In this document: positions 9,662 to 18,229 of the stretch, in pieces | Position numbering within the stretch: the first letter of the stretch is position 1 | How the letters are laid out: every line of letters begins with the position of its first letter | Origin: a phage | Direction: 5' to 3' (one strand) | Length of the DNA: 64,000 nt | Assembly: GCA_014435945.1 (NCBI GenBank) | Contig: GCA_014435945.1_4088.1 | Notes under the pieces: model-generated | Told to the model about the DNA's origin: nothing | Seen by the model: only the letters and a program-made list of their open reading frames with translations | The model's database searches: none | Position numbers and translations under genes: made by a program

Positions 9662-10045
9662 ATGGTTGATAAATGGAATAAGAAAGATCCATCGCATGAT
9701 GTGGATATTTCTGGAATTGATAATGCACATAAGCATAAGTATCTTGATTCACTAGGTCTACTAAAGCCTGACCAAAGTCTTGCACATGATCGTCCTTCAC
9801 GTGAAAAAGCTTTCAGTCTAGAATCACTAGGCCATGAATTGAATCGTGTATTTGAAGATCATCCAATTTATGTACGTGATATCATTGAGAAACTTAAAGT
9901 GACTCCTAAAGAGCACTTCAAGGCAACAGTACACGCAGCATTCCGTGCACTACATGAAGCACTAAAGAAAACTCATAACCTTCGCAAGATTCATGATGAC
10001 ATCGTGAACTCTATTGAAGGCGAAAAACATAAGTTTAAAAAATAA
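9662..10045 (+). CDS. hypothetical protein; shares an SLGLL motif with 10893..12404
   Basis: ORF track; SD AAGGAG. Confidence 0.5.
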   Translation: MVDKWNKKDPSHDVDISGIDNAHKHKYLDSLGLLKPDQSLAHDRPSREKAFSLESLGHELNRVFEDHPIYVRDIIEKLKVTPKEHFKATVHAAFRALHEALKKTHNLRKIHDDIVNSIEGEKHKFKK

Positions 10046-10051
10046 TTAAAA

Positions 10052-10085
10052 GGGGTTGACTTCAGTCAGCCCTTTGTCGTATAAT
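10052..10085 (+). promoter_or_regulatory. PeSL-like terminator-promoter cassette
   Basis: ggggttgacttcagtcagccctttgtcgtataat. Confidence 0.65.
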
Positions 10086-10132
10086 ATTTTCATCAAGTGA
10101 TACAAAATACAAACAACGTGAGGTATTAAATT

Positions 10133-10246
10133 ATGCAAGGTACTAAATTCATCATCGCTGCCCTAATCGCTGCTGTTGTAGTGGGTACAGTATGTTATTC
10201 AATTGACACCTATATCAATACACCTAGTGTTGAACAAACCAAATAA
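10133..10246 (+). CDS. putative 37-aa membrane peptide
   Basis: Read manually; SD GAGG; hydrophobic. Confidence 0.3.
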   Translation: MQGTKFIIAALIAAVVVGTVCYSIDTYINTPSVEQTK

Positions 10247-10254
10247 GGGATATC

Positions 10255-10518
10255 ATGGCTGAAACATTATCACTATATGCGTTAGTACTGTTATTTGTCG
10301 GATTTCTTCCTGCACTCATTACAGCCATTCGTGTTGTTAAACATGAAGCTGCATTGATTGTATGTAGTATTGGGTCGAACATTCTATTGTATTTCTTTTT
10401 GACAAATACTATTGTACTGTTTGCTTTCTTTATCATGATTCTGTGGGTACTTGTAATTCTCGGATTCTTCATTTGGTCATTGGTTGATCCTAAGAAAAAA
10501 ACAGGAGAAGTGAAATGA
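10255..10518 (+). CDS. small membrane protein
   Basis: Hydrophobic composition. Confidence 0.45.
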   Translation: MAETLSLYALVLLFVGFLPALITAIRVVKHEAALIVCSIGSNILLYFFLTNTIVLFAFFIMILWVLVILGFFIWSLVDPKKKTGEVK

Positions 10519-10811
10519 AATTAATTATAGCAATGATGATGTGTTTGGCTTTCCCTGTACTGGCTACTCCTAATCTGGACTGCACACTGTTGCGTTCAGA
10601 TGGTGACACACTTGAAATCAACACATATGAACTCTTTGGTCCAAGTGTAGTGGAGAATGAAACCACCTACAATTTCAAAGCTATTGACTTTGAAGGTAAT
10701 GTTCCAGTACTAACTACAATGACTATTGACAAAACTACTTTACTCGGACGAATCACCACACAACGCGGAGAAAGTAAAACATTCACAGCGAAAGCTGACT
10801 GTAACTACTAA
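10515..10811 (+). CDS. small secreted protein (signal peptide)
   Basis: N-terminus MKLIIAMMMCLAFPVLA. Confidence 0.5.
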   Translation: MKLIIAMMMCLAFPVLATPNLDCTLLRSDGDTLEINTYELFGPSVVENETTYNFKAIDFEGNVPVLTTMTIDKTTLLGRITTQRGESKTFTAKADCNY

Positions 10812-10830
10812 TGGTATAGTACAGTGAAAA

Positions 10831-10866
10831 TAGGGTTGACTTCGGTCAACCTTTTCTTTATACTAT
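10831..10866 (+). promoter_or_regulatory. PeSL-like terminator-promoter cassette
   Basis: gggttgacttcggtcaaccttttctttatact. Confidence 0.6.
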
Positions 10867-10892
10867 AAATATAGTCATAGAGAATAAACAAT

Positions 10893-12404
10893 ATGAAATC
10901 TATGGAGAGAAATCAAATGCCAGGTCAATTTACTGATAAAAATGGCGGGAACATGGCAGGTCACTCTGATAAATGGAGTGAACGCAATCGTCGTCAAAAT
11001 AGCTACCAAGCAGGACAGGGGTCACGTGGATCACGTAATCAAGGGACAGGTTTAGCTGGTAAGGCAAACGCAGAAGCAGGTGAAGTTAAGAGTACTGAGA
11101 ACATGACTGAGCTAGAAAAGCTACGTTATGTTAACTCATTAGGTCTTCTTAACGCAACACAGAAACAACGCCTTGCTGATATGGAACGTGCTGAGAAAGA
11201 ACAAGCAGTTCCTAAAGAAGAACCAAAACCAGAAGCTCCTAAAGCAGCTAACCCTGTTAAAGAGTTATCTGATAACTTAGGTAAGATCTTTGCTAACAAA
11301 CCACAGTTGATTCAGGGTATTGTCAAAGCACTACAGGCAGTTCCTAAAGAAGAACTCAAAGGTAAAGCACAAGCTGTACTTGATGCAATGAAAGGTAATA
11401 AGAGCACTGAACCCACTGAAGTATTCAGTACTATCATGCGTGCACTTGAAGGTACACACAAAGAAGATTCGAAAGAACCTGAACAGGGTGAAGCAAGTCT
11501 TGATGGTATTCTTAAAACTTTTGATAGTATTGGTAAAGCAGACCGTGCTAATGCCCAGCAAATCAAGAATGTACTGGCTAAACTTGAAAACCGTTTAGAA
11601 GGTAAAGACGATAAGGTTAAGCTCGTATCAGATGCAGTTAACAGTGCACTTAAATCTTATGTACAAGGTGAGAAAAGTCGCTTCGTAACAGCTATGGATG
11701 CTGCATTCAACACTATGAAAAAGTATGAAGCAGAACATGGTGAGAAGGTAACACCAGATGGTTATCTAAAGCGTGCAGATGAAGAAGGTGCAGTTGAACA
11801 GAAAGATGTAGAACCTGAACAAGAAGATCTACCTGATACCGTTGATATGGATGGATATATTCATCGTCCTGAGATGGAAGAGTTTGGGTCAGATAAAGAA
11901 GGTTTTGAACATGCAATGGCAGTATATAAAGCATTAGTTAAAAATCCAGATTATGCTAACCGTTTTGTTGACGAGTTTGATAGTGCATGGAATAACTACA
12001 AAGACAAAGGTTATGACTTCCCTGCTGAAGCTGCATTCTTTGAACTTGGTAAACTATTAGCTAAACATGGAATTGACGTTGGTTCATCTGATTCCGAAGG
12101 TATGGAAGAAGAACATCTTGAAATGACCGATAAATCAATTCATGAACTTCAAAAGCTAATGATGTGGATATCCGAGATTGGTAAAAAAGCAGGTGCTGAT
12201 AGTAAAAGTATCAACAAAAACATTAGTTGGATTAAAGATAATGTTGGTAACAATGCTCGTAAACTACAAAAGGCGTGGGCTGATTTAGTAAATGGTGCAG
12301 ATGATGTTGACATTGAATCACCAGAAGCATATGAGTATGCACTAACTACACTTGATAACTCATTCAAAGAGTACGACCGTGGTGTTGGAAAAGATAAAAA
12401 ATAA
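10893..12404 (+). CDS. large charged, low-complexity protein (503 aa; start could be ATG 10917)
   Basis: ORF track; K/E-rich. Confidence 0.55.
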   Translation: MKSMERNQMPGQFTDKNGGNMAGHSDKWSERNRRQNSYQAGQGSRGSRNQGTGLAGKANAEAGEVKSTENMTELEKLRYVNSLGLLNATQKQRLADMERAEKEQAVPKEEPKPEAPKAANPVKELSDNLGKIFANKPQLIQGIVKALQAVPKEELKGKAQAVLDAMKGNKSTEPTEVFSTIMRALEGTHKEDSKEPEQGEASLDGILKTFDSIGKADRANAQQIKNVLAKLENRLEGKDDKVKLVSDAVNSALKSYVQGEKSRFVTAMDAAFNTMKKYEAEHGEKVTPDGYLKRADEEGAVEQKDVEPEQEDLPDTVDMDGYIHRPEMEEFGSDKEGFEHAMAVYKALVKNPDYANRFVDEFDSAWNNYKDKGYDFPAEAAFFELGKLLAKHGIDVGSSDSEGMEEEHLEMTDKSIHELQKLMMWISEIGKKAGADSKSINKNISWIKDNVGNNARKLQKAWADLVNGADDVDIESPEAYEYALTTLDNSFKEYDRGVGKDKK

Positions 12405-12410
12405 ACATTT

Positions 12411-12447
12411 AAAAGGTTGACTTCGGTCAACCTTTTTTTGTAAATAT
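12411..12447 (+). promoter_or_regulatory. PeSL-like terminator-promoter cassette (weaker -10)
   Basis: aggttgacttcggtcaacctttttttgtaaat. Confidence 0.5.
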
Positions 12448-12475
12448 TGTAGAGGGTTTTATAAGAGGTAATGCA

Positions 12476-12727
12476 ATGTTTAAATATGTTTTATTTTCAC
12501 TTGTATTGTTTGCTGATATAGTTTATAGTACTGAATACCAGTGCTCCATTGCTAGACAGGAGTTTAGAAACGGTGAGTTCTATACCAAGTCTTACACTAG
12601 AGGATTGGTACATGACAATAATAAAACTATAGGGTTCAATGCATTTGATAACAAAGATCGATATACGTCTGGAATACTATCTGAACGTAAGTCGGATATA
12701 CTAGGTATCGAGCGTGAATTCCGGTGA
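12476..12727 (+). CDS. secreted protein fragment (signal peptide); possibly one gene with 12714..13055
   Basis: N-terminus MFKYVLFSLVLFADIVYS. Confidence 0.4.
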   Translation: MFKYVLFSLVLFADIVYSTEYQCSIARQEFRNGEFYTKSYTRGLVHDNNKTIGFNAFDNKDRYTSGILSERKSDILGIEREFR

Positions 12728-13055
12728 CACGGTTGCAATGTGTAATGATATTGAGAGTACTAAGAAAGTATATACTAATGGTGAAACTACCTTTAGATTC
12801 CACAATCTTACTACTAATGAAAGTTTATACTTCTACAACTGTAAAGAGTTCATTAAACCTGTGGATAACTCATGTGATATGCCGGAGCCAAAAGCTGCTG
12901 TATGTGAGGAACCACAATCCAAAGCTGACAAATCGGATAAAAAAGAAAACAAAAAGAAAGCTAAAGATGATAAAGATAAAAAGTCCCCTAAGCCAAATCC
13001 ATTTGAAAAGCCAAAGAATGAAAAGCCAAAACCAGACATGACATGTAAAATATAA
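12714..13055 (+). CDS. hypothetical protein with Lys-rich tail; overlaps 12476..12727 in another frame
   Basis: ORF track; overlap suggests frameshift or split gene. Confidence 0.35.
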   Translation: MNSGDTVAMCNDIESTKKVYTNGETTFRFHNLTTNESLYFYNCKEFIKPVDNSCDMPEPKAAVCEEPQSKADKSDKKENKKKAKDDKDKKSPKPNPFEKPKNEKPKPDMTCKI

Positions 13056-13060
13056 AAGAA

Positions 13061-13096
13061 AAGGGTTGACTTCGGTCGGCCCTTTTTGCTATAATC
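13061..13096 (+). promoter_or_regulatory. PeSL-like terminator-promoter cassette
   Basis: gggttgacttcggtcggccctttttgctataat. Confidence 0.7.
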
Positions 13097-13121
13097 ATTT
13101 CATCAACTACTGGAGGCAAAC

Positions 13122-13535
13122 ATGTTAAAAGTTATTTTCCGTTCTATCAGTTCATTACTTCTTATGATTAGTTCAGTTTGTTATGCAAATGAAGTATCTG
13201 ATTTATTTGAGAAGAATTACCCAACTGCACAAGAGATGGGTGTTTTAAAATGCAAGCTAACTTCGTACAACATCATCGGCAGTAAACTTGTACTGGAACA
13301 TGAACGTAGTACACCAATCCCTCTAGTAGAAGAAGGCAGTACCTTTAGCTTCAAGTACGGGGTGAACGTAACATCTGGTGTAATGAACAATGTTGATGCA
13401 GAGACTGGTTCAACATGGAGTACTAGCGGTAAAGATGTGTTTCATCGTATGCGTGAAAATGGTAAACTGAAGTACGTATATGAAAGTTCATTCATGAAAC
13501 GTGTATTCATTATAAAAAATTGTGTACCAGCATAA
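13122..13535 (+). CDS. secreted protein (signal peptide)
   Basis: N-terminus MLKVIFRSISSLLLMISSVCYA. Confidence 0.5.
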   Translation: MLKVIFRSISSLLLMISSVCYANEVSDLFEKNYPTAQEMGVLKCKLTSYNIIGSKLVLEHERSTPIPLVEEGSTFSFKYGVNVTSGVMNNVDAETGSTWSTSGKDVFHRMRENGKLKYVYESSFMKRVFIIKNCVPA

Positions 13536-13546
13536 GGAACAACATC

Positions 13547-13822
13547 ATGCGTTCATTTGAAAACTTAATCGGTAAACTTCGCTTACAAGAAATTGAAGCT
13601 GATGTGAAGGAATTATCTGAAACTAAGAGTTACATTCATTTAGATGAACTGTTTATTAAGTACGGTGAGATTGGTTTTAAGTCATTATTTGTTTTTGTCA
13701 TGAAGGTGCATAGTTTAAAGTACTTTGATTTGAGTTCAAAAGACGGACAACCAAATCTGTATTACATGTATTATCTTAAGAACATAGACGAAGCTAATAC
13801 ATTATTCTTAGAATATATGTAG
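13547..13822 (+). CDS. hypothetical protein
   Basis: Internal ATG with AAGGA SD. Confidence 0.45.
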   Translation: MRSFENLIGKLRLQEIEADVKELSETKSYIHLDELFIKYGEIGFKSLFVFVMKVHSLKYFDLSSKDGQPNLYYMYYLKNIDEANTLFLEYM

Positions 13823-13831
13823 GGGGTAAAA

Positions 13832-14170
13832 ATGGAACATCATTTTGAATTAATTAATAAGGTATCATTTTATATAGTATCGTTAGTTTGGGTGTATTAC
13901 ATGTTTGGTTACATTATTGCATTCTTCCGATACACGACCTTGTATCAACGCATATACTACGATGCACCAATTTCATTTTTGATGTTCTGTGCATGTACGT
14001 GGGGGATAATTGAAGCACTGGTATGTGGATATAGTACGGACGAATTAAATCTCGTATCGGTGTTGACATTACTAACAATTGCTACTATGATAGCTACAGT
14101 TCCAATATTTTTGCTCTTTAAACTGCTTCATCGCATCGATGAGTGGCGTAATAAAATCCCTGAAAAGTAA
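13832..14170 (+). CDS. small multi-pass membrane protein, paralog family M
   Basis: 3-4 hydrophobic segments; basic C-terminus RNKIPEK. Confidence 0.5.
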   Translation: MEHHFELINKVSFYIVSLVWVYYMFGYIIAFFRYTTLYQRIYYDAPISFLMFCACTWGIIEALVCGYSTDELNLVSVLTLLTIATMIATVPIFLLFKLLHRIDEWRNKIPEK

Positions 14171-14179
14171 GGATTGATA

Positions 14180-14521
14180 ATGATTTTTTACACTAATGCG
14201 TTTGCTTATGCCGTTGCATCAATCTACATTGTGTACTTCTTATTTGGTGGAGTACTGTACTTCTTTAAGTACAAAACATTGTTTAACCGAATGTATCCAA
14301 ATCATCCAATTGTAGTAGTACTTTTGATTATTTCTGTTGCTCACATCATTGTAGAAACAATAATGGGTATTAGTGCAGTACATTACAGTCTAGGTACTAT
14401 TGTGATTATTACTATGATCATCGCATACATTTTAGTAATGGGTTCTGGTTTATTTGGGAATGTAGCAATGAAATTGTATAATCGAATTAAAACCTTACGT
14501 GATAATCTACCGGAGCGTTGA
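14180..14521 (+). CDS. small multi-pass membrane protein, family M
   Basis: C-terminus LRDNLPER; shared FKYKTLFNRMYP-type motif. Confidence 0.5.
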   Translation: MIFYTNAFAYAVASIYIVYFLFGGVLYFFKYKTLFNRMYPNHPIVVVLLIISVAHIIVETIMGISAVHYSLGTIVIITMIIAYILVMGSGLFGNVAMKLYNRIKTLRDNLPER

Positions 14522-14522
14522 G

Positions 14523-14867
14523 ATGTATAATTTAAATTTAATATCATATATCATAACAACACTGTTTACTTTCTATGCCTTTGTTGGTATACTCCTACTG
14601 TACTTTAAATTTTATAAACTCTTTGACCGTTTTTATCCGTCATTAGAACATGAATTCTTATTGGTGATGTACATCTGTCTAACGTTTATGTCTACATTTT
14701 TCACTGCATCTGATGGTATCATTGGTATTAAAGCTGAAGAACCAAATGGGAGTACGCTTGTTGCCTTTATTCTGGTAGGATTTTTCAGTACTTATATTAC
14801 CTTTATTTCAGGATGTACCGTGATTGATTATCTTGTGAAATTACGAGATAAAATGCCAAATCGATAG
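14523..14867 (+). CDS. small multi-pass membrane protein, family M
   Basis: C-terminus LRDKMPNR; ATG after upstream stop. Confidence 0.5.
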   Translation: MYNLNLISYIITTLFTFYAFVGILLLYFKFYKLFDRFYPSLEHEFLLVMYICLTFMSTFFTASDGIIGIKAEEPNGSTLVAFILVGFFSTYITFISGCTVIDYLVKLRDKMPNR

Positions 14868-14876
14868 GGGATTGCT

Positions 14877-15134
14877 ATGTTTGCATTGCGTAATAAAAAT
14901 ACAAAAGAGATTCTATGTATCTCAACAGTATGGGATTGTGCAGGAAGTGAAATGATTCTCGAAGAAGGTTCAGGTGATTGTGTTTATGTTGTTCAGGATC
15001 GTCGCGAACTGGAATCATTACTTGACGAATTTAATGCTGGTGGAAATCCTAAAAGTACTCAATTCCCTGAGATCAGGAATCCAGCACCACCAGGCTCTTA
15101 TGAAATTCTACAACTGTGGGAGATGGATAAGTAA
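14877..15134 (+). CDS. hypothetical protein
   Basis: ORF track. Confidence 0.45.
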   Translation: MFALRNKNTKEILCISTVWDCAGSEMILEEGSGDCVYVVQDRRELESLLDEFNAGGNPKSTQFPEIRNPAPPGSYEILQLWEMDK

Positions 15135-15514
15135 TGCGTCAAATGCACAAAGTAACCGAGCTAAACAAGCGTCTGATTAAACAATCAATGTTTGAGGATA
15201 AAGAGTCTTACTATAACTTCAAACGTGCTGTAGAGGCTGCTATCCACATTCAGAAGCTTAAAGAACGTGGTTGTATTATTCTCGAAAATGGTTCTGACGT
15301 TGTGACGAATGACTTCAGTGTAGCGTTTGATGTTTCACCTGATGGTTCGCTATCAATGCCACGCTTAGGGACTGGTAACATGACTGTGTGGGTAGGTTTC
15401 ACTATGGGAAATGTACCAGGTACTGTGTATGTAGATGATGCTGAGTTGAAAGAAAGCTTCAAAAACTTATCGTATCTTGAACCACAACACGCACATGAAA
15501 TGAATTTATTTTGA
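15134..15514 (+). CDS. hypothetical protein
   Basis: ORF track; overlapping start/stop. Confidence 0.5.
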   Translation: MRQMHKVTELNKRLIKQSMFEDKESYYNFKRAVEAAIHIQKLKERGCIILENGSDVVTNDFSVAFDVSPDGSLSMPRLGTGNMTVWVGFTMGNVPGTVYVDDAELKESFKNLSYLEPQHAHEMNLF

Positions 15515-15524
15515 GTTGACAAAC

Positions 15525-15575
15525 TCATTCAGTACTGTATAATGTTTATCAAGGGGATGAACTTCTCATCCCCAC
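15525..15575 (+). promoter_or_regulatory. sigma70-like promoter (TTGACA..AGTACTG-TATAAT) followed by leader hairpin GGGGATGA/TCATCCCC
   Basis: Seen directly. Confidence 0.55.
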
Positions 15576-15590
15576 AATCGAGGAATTGTC

Positions 15591-16145
15591 ATGATTACTT
15601 TTAAGAAAACTGCTAACCACATCCATGAGATCTACATTAACGGTCACAAAGCTGGCCTTCTTCGTTTACTCGCCCATCATCCGAATATTACCGTATCTGA
15701 TAATGAACCTAAAGATTGGCGTGTATTTTTCTTTGGAAAGTACAGTGATTTTCAAGTATCAAACCTGAAGAACATTCGTTCAGTATGCACGTTAACTGAA
15801 ATTAAAGAAAAGTTAACCAAAGCATTGAAAACTAATCCAGATAGTGTTCTTCCACCTGATAACTTTGTAGAGAAAGGATATGCCTTAGCTCATTTCAAAG
15901 ATGGTACTATTCAATCTATCAGTACTGAATATGAATATCAATGGACTGAGTACTTCACTTATGGATCGCGTAATACATTGATGGCTTCACGTAGTAAATT
16001 GGAAGAAGTACTGACTCGTATGAATGAACGCGAGCGTCAATTATATGACAAACCAGAAATGTGGAGTTCAACTTACATTGACCGTATTGACTATGTTATT
16101 ATGACTCCAATCTTTGACACTGCTTACTATGATTCTTTGAAATAA
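15591..16145 (+). CDS. hypothetical protein (184 aa)
   Basis: ORF track; promoter and SD GAGG upstream. Confidence 0.55.
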   Translation: MITFKKTANHIHEIYINGHKAGLLRLLAHHPNITVSDNEPKDWRVFFFGKYSDFQVSNLKNIRSVCTLTEIKEKLTKALKTNPDSVLPPDNFVEKGYALAHFKDGTIQSISTEYEYQWTEYFTYGSRNTLMASRSKLEEVLTRMNERERQLYDKPEMWSSTYIDRIDYVIMTPIFDTAYYDSLK

Positions 16146-16156
16146 GGATAACTTAT

Positions 16157-16333
16157 ATGAAACTACGTACTCGTAATCGACTGATGGATGCACTGTACCA
16201 TGAACAGCTTTCACTGAATGAAGTGAAGCGACAGTTAATGTACACATATCTGTTACCCGCTCGCATTGCAAAACAACGTGCTAAAGAATTGCTGAAAGAA
16301 GCAATCGAGTACTGGGAATCTGATTCGTACTAA
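16157..16333 (+). CDS. putative 58-aa basic helical protein (MKLRTRNRLMDALYHEQ...)
   Basis: Read manually; SD AAGGA; below ORF-track cutoff. Confidence 0.35.
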   Translation: MKLRTRNRLMDALYHEQLSLNEVKRQLMYTYLLPARIAKQRAKELLKEAIEYWESDSY

Positions 16334-16361
16334 TTGTCACGTTAATTAAATGAGGCGATAA

Positions 16362-16613
16362 ATGAAAATTTTATTAGTTCTAATACTACTAATTGTTTTA
16401 CCATTTACGTTAGTATCCCCTGAACTTGCATGGAATGTGTTTGTGTACTTACTATGTACTATTGTAGTAAATGGTATCTTGTTCTTAGTTCTATTCATAA
16501 ATGGAATAGGACACGGTGGAGGATGGACCAGTACTGCTGATATTGTACATAAAACCACTATGTCTTTATTTGTAGTGTGGAATTTATTCTGGACTTGGTT
16601 TGTGTTCTTCTAA
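16362..16613 (+). CDS. small membrane protein
   Basis: Hydrophobic composition. Confidence 0.45.
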   Translation: MKILLVLILLIVLPFTLVSPELAWNVFVYLLCTIVVNGILFLVLFINGIGHGGGWTSTADIVHKTTMSLFVVWNLFWTWFVFF

Positions 16614-16622
16614 TTAAAAAAT

Positions 16623-16994
16623 ATGAATATAGATTTGAAAGGTGCAACACGAACTGTCATACTCATTGGGGAATATGCTATCAAGATTCCAACCTTTAAA
16701 AGTTGGAAGCTATTCTTAACAGGGATGATAGCTAACCTCAATGAACGTTCGTGGATGCAGTACTCCAAGCGTAGTGATACTGGTATCTGTCCTACTTTGT
16801 GGTCATCATGTACTGGACTAGTAACTGTACAGAAACGTTGTAAGCCAGTACAACATAGGGGTTTATTTTGGGTGGAGTTGTGTGCTTTAGCATTGAATTC
16901 AGAGTTAAGTACTGACTTCTTCTATTCAGATGCGAAGCCAGAAAACTTTGGGTATCTGTGTGGTAAGTTGGTTAAACTTGATTATGGAGATTAA
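16623..16994 (+). CDS. hypothetical protein
   Basis: ORF track. Confidence 0.45.
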   Translation: MNIDLKGATRTVILIGEYAIKIPTFKSWKLFLTGMIANLNERSWMQYSKRSDTGICPTLWSSCTGLVTVQKRCKPVQHRGLFWVELCALALNSELSTDFFYSDAKPENFGYLCGKLVKLDYGD

Positions 16995-16995
16995 T

Positions 16996-17265
16996 ATGTA
17001 CGCATTGTATAATAAAGAAAAGAAACGATTTGCTAAGGTTGAAATTTCGATTGATACATTTGACATGTTGGAGTACTGTATTGTAACGGATTTATATGCT
17101 AACTTGTATTACGTTCTTGATGACGTATCAGTACTGCAACGATTGCTTGAGAATTCCAAAAGCCAATGCCAGGGCATCTATGATGGTTCATCTTATGAAA
17201 CACCTGAGTGTTCCTACGGCTATCTGGACGGGTATGAGATTGTGAAGTTGGGGATTGTTGAATAA
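16996..17265 (+). CDS. hypothetical protein
   Basis: Internal ATG with GGAGA SD. Confidence 0.45.
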   Translation: MYALYNKEKKRFAKVEISIDTFDMLEYCIVTDLYANLYYVLDDVSVLQRLLENSKSQCQGIYDGSSYETPECSYGYLDGYEIVKLGIVE

Positions 17266-17356
17266 ATGGATTAAACAATGAAGAAGTGTATCATTCTTTG
17301 TTCTAATCACCATCGCATGGTACATTCTGGTAGACTATGTTTGATTGAAAGAAAAA

Positions 17357-17393
17357 AAGGGTTGACTTCAGTCGGCCCTTTTTGCTATAATCA
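17357..17393 (+). promoter_or_regulatory. PeSL-like terminator-promoter cassette
   Basis: gggttgacttcagtcggccctttttgctataat. Confidence 0.7.
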
Positions 17394-17419
17394 TTTCATC
17401 GAAACGAGAGGATGAATAC

Positions 17420-17935
17420 ATGACACGCATTAACTTAGTACACGTTAAAGAACTTGCTGACCAACATCTGATGGCTGAATATCGTGAACTCCCACGTGTG
17501 TTTGGTGCTGTACAAAAACATGTTCAAGCACGTAAGCGAGTCCGTGATTTCAAAATTAACAGTACTTACCTGTTAGGTTCAGGTCATGTAACATTCTTCT
17601 ACAACAAGTTATTGTACTTACAGAAGCGTCATATTGATATTGTTAACGAATGTTTGCGTCGTGGTATGAAGATTCAAAACACTGAAGTAAACGACATTAG
17701 CGGATTCCCTGCTGAGTTTTGTAATGACTACGTACCATCGGAGTCAGAGATTAAAATGTCTCGTGAGCGTTTGATTGAGAAGCTACAGATGAAGCCTACG
17801 TGGTATAAATTTACTGACGTTGAACGCCCACAGTATGTTAAAGATATGCAGGACGTAAGTAGTAATATAGAATCTAGTACTGATATGTTCGACGAAATTG
17901 AAGAACAAATCAAAGATGAAATGAATAATTATTAA
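17420..17935 (+). CDS. denV: endonuclease V / pyrimidine-dimer DNA glycosylase (DenV family), with about 35-aa acidic C-terminal extension
   Basis: Near-identical to T4 DenV over the N-terminal 60 aa ([42 protein letters not shown]), with weaker similarity through ..PTWYK; catalytic Thr2 and Glu23 conserved. Confidence 0.9.
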   Translation: MTRINLVHVKELADQHLMAEYRELPRVFGAVQKHVQARKRVRDFKINSTYLLGSGHVTFFYNKLLYLQKRHIDIVNECLRRGMKIQNTEVNDISGFPAEFCNDYVPSESEIKMSRERLIEKLQMKPTWYKFTDVERPQYVKDMQDVSSNIESSTDMFDEIEEQIKDEMNNY

Positions 17936-17940
17936 AGGAA

Positions 17941-17976
17941 AGGGTTGACTTCGGTCAGCCCTTTTTGCTATAATTA
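17941..17976 (+). promoter_or_regulatory. PeSL-like terminator-promoter cassette
   Basis: agggttgacttcggtcagccctttttgctataat. Confidence 0.7.
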
Positions 17977-18000
17977 TTTTATCGAAACGAGAGGTAATAC

Positions 18001-18213
18001 ATGAAACTATCTTTTATACGTTTAGCAGAATTCTTCGGTACTGATATTATTACTTTACAACAAATTGCAGACAATACTTCATTAAGTACACAAGAAGTAC
18101 TTGACTTAGATGTAATTCAGTGCGATAATACTTCCATTGATTTCAAAGAAGGTCTTGTCGAAAAAGATAAGATTCAAGCTAAGATTAATGGTGCTGGACG
18201 GGTTCAGTACTGA
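18001..18213 (+). CDS. hypothetical protein
   Basis: ORF track; downstream of PeSL-like promoter. Confidence 0.45.
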   Translation: MKLSFIRLAEFFGTDIITLQQIADNTSLSTQEVLDLDVIQCDNTSIDFKEGLVEKDKIQAKINGAGRVQY

Positions 18214-18229
18214 AAAGGAGTATTGAGTA

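Noticed and set aside
12724-13041. ORF 12724..13041 (+), 105 aa
   Set aside because: Alternative frame of 12714..13055; K/R-rich product caused by the A-rich Lys-codon stretch; no independent start context.
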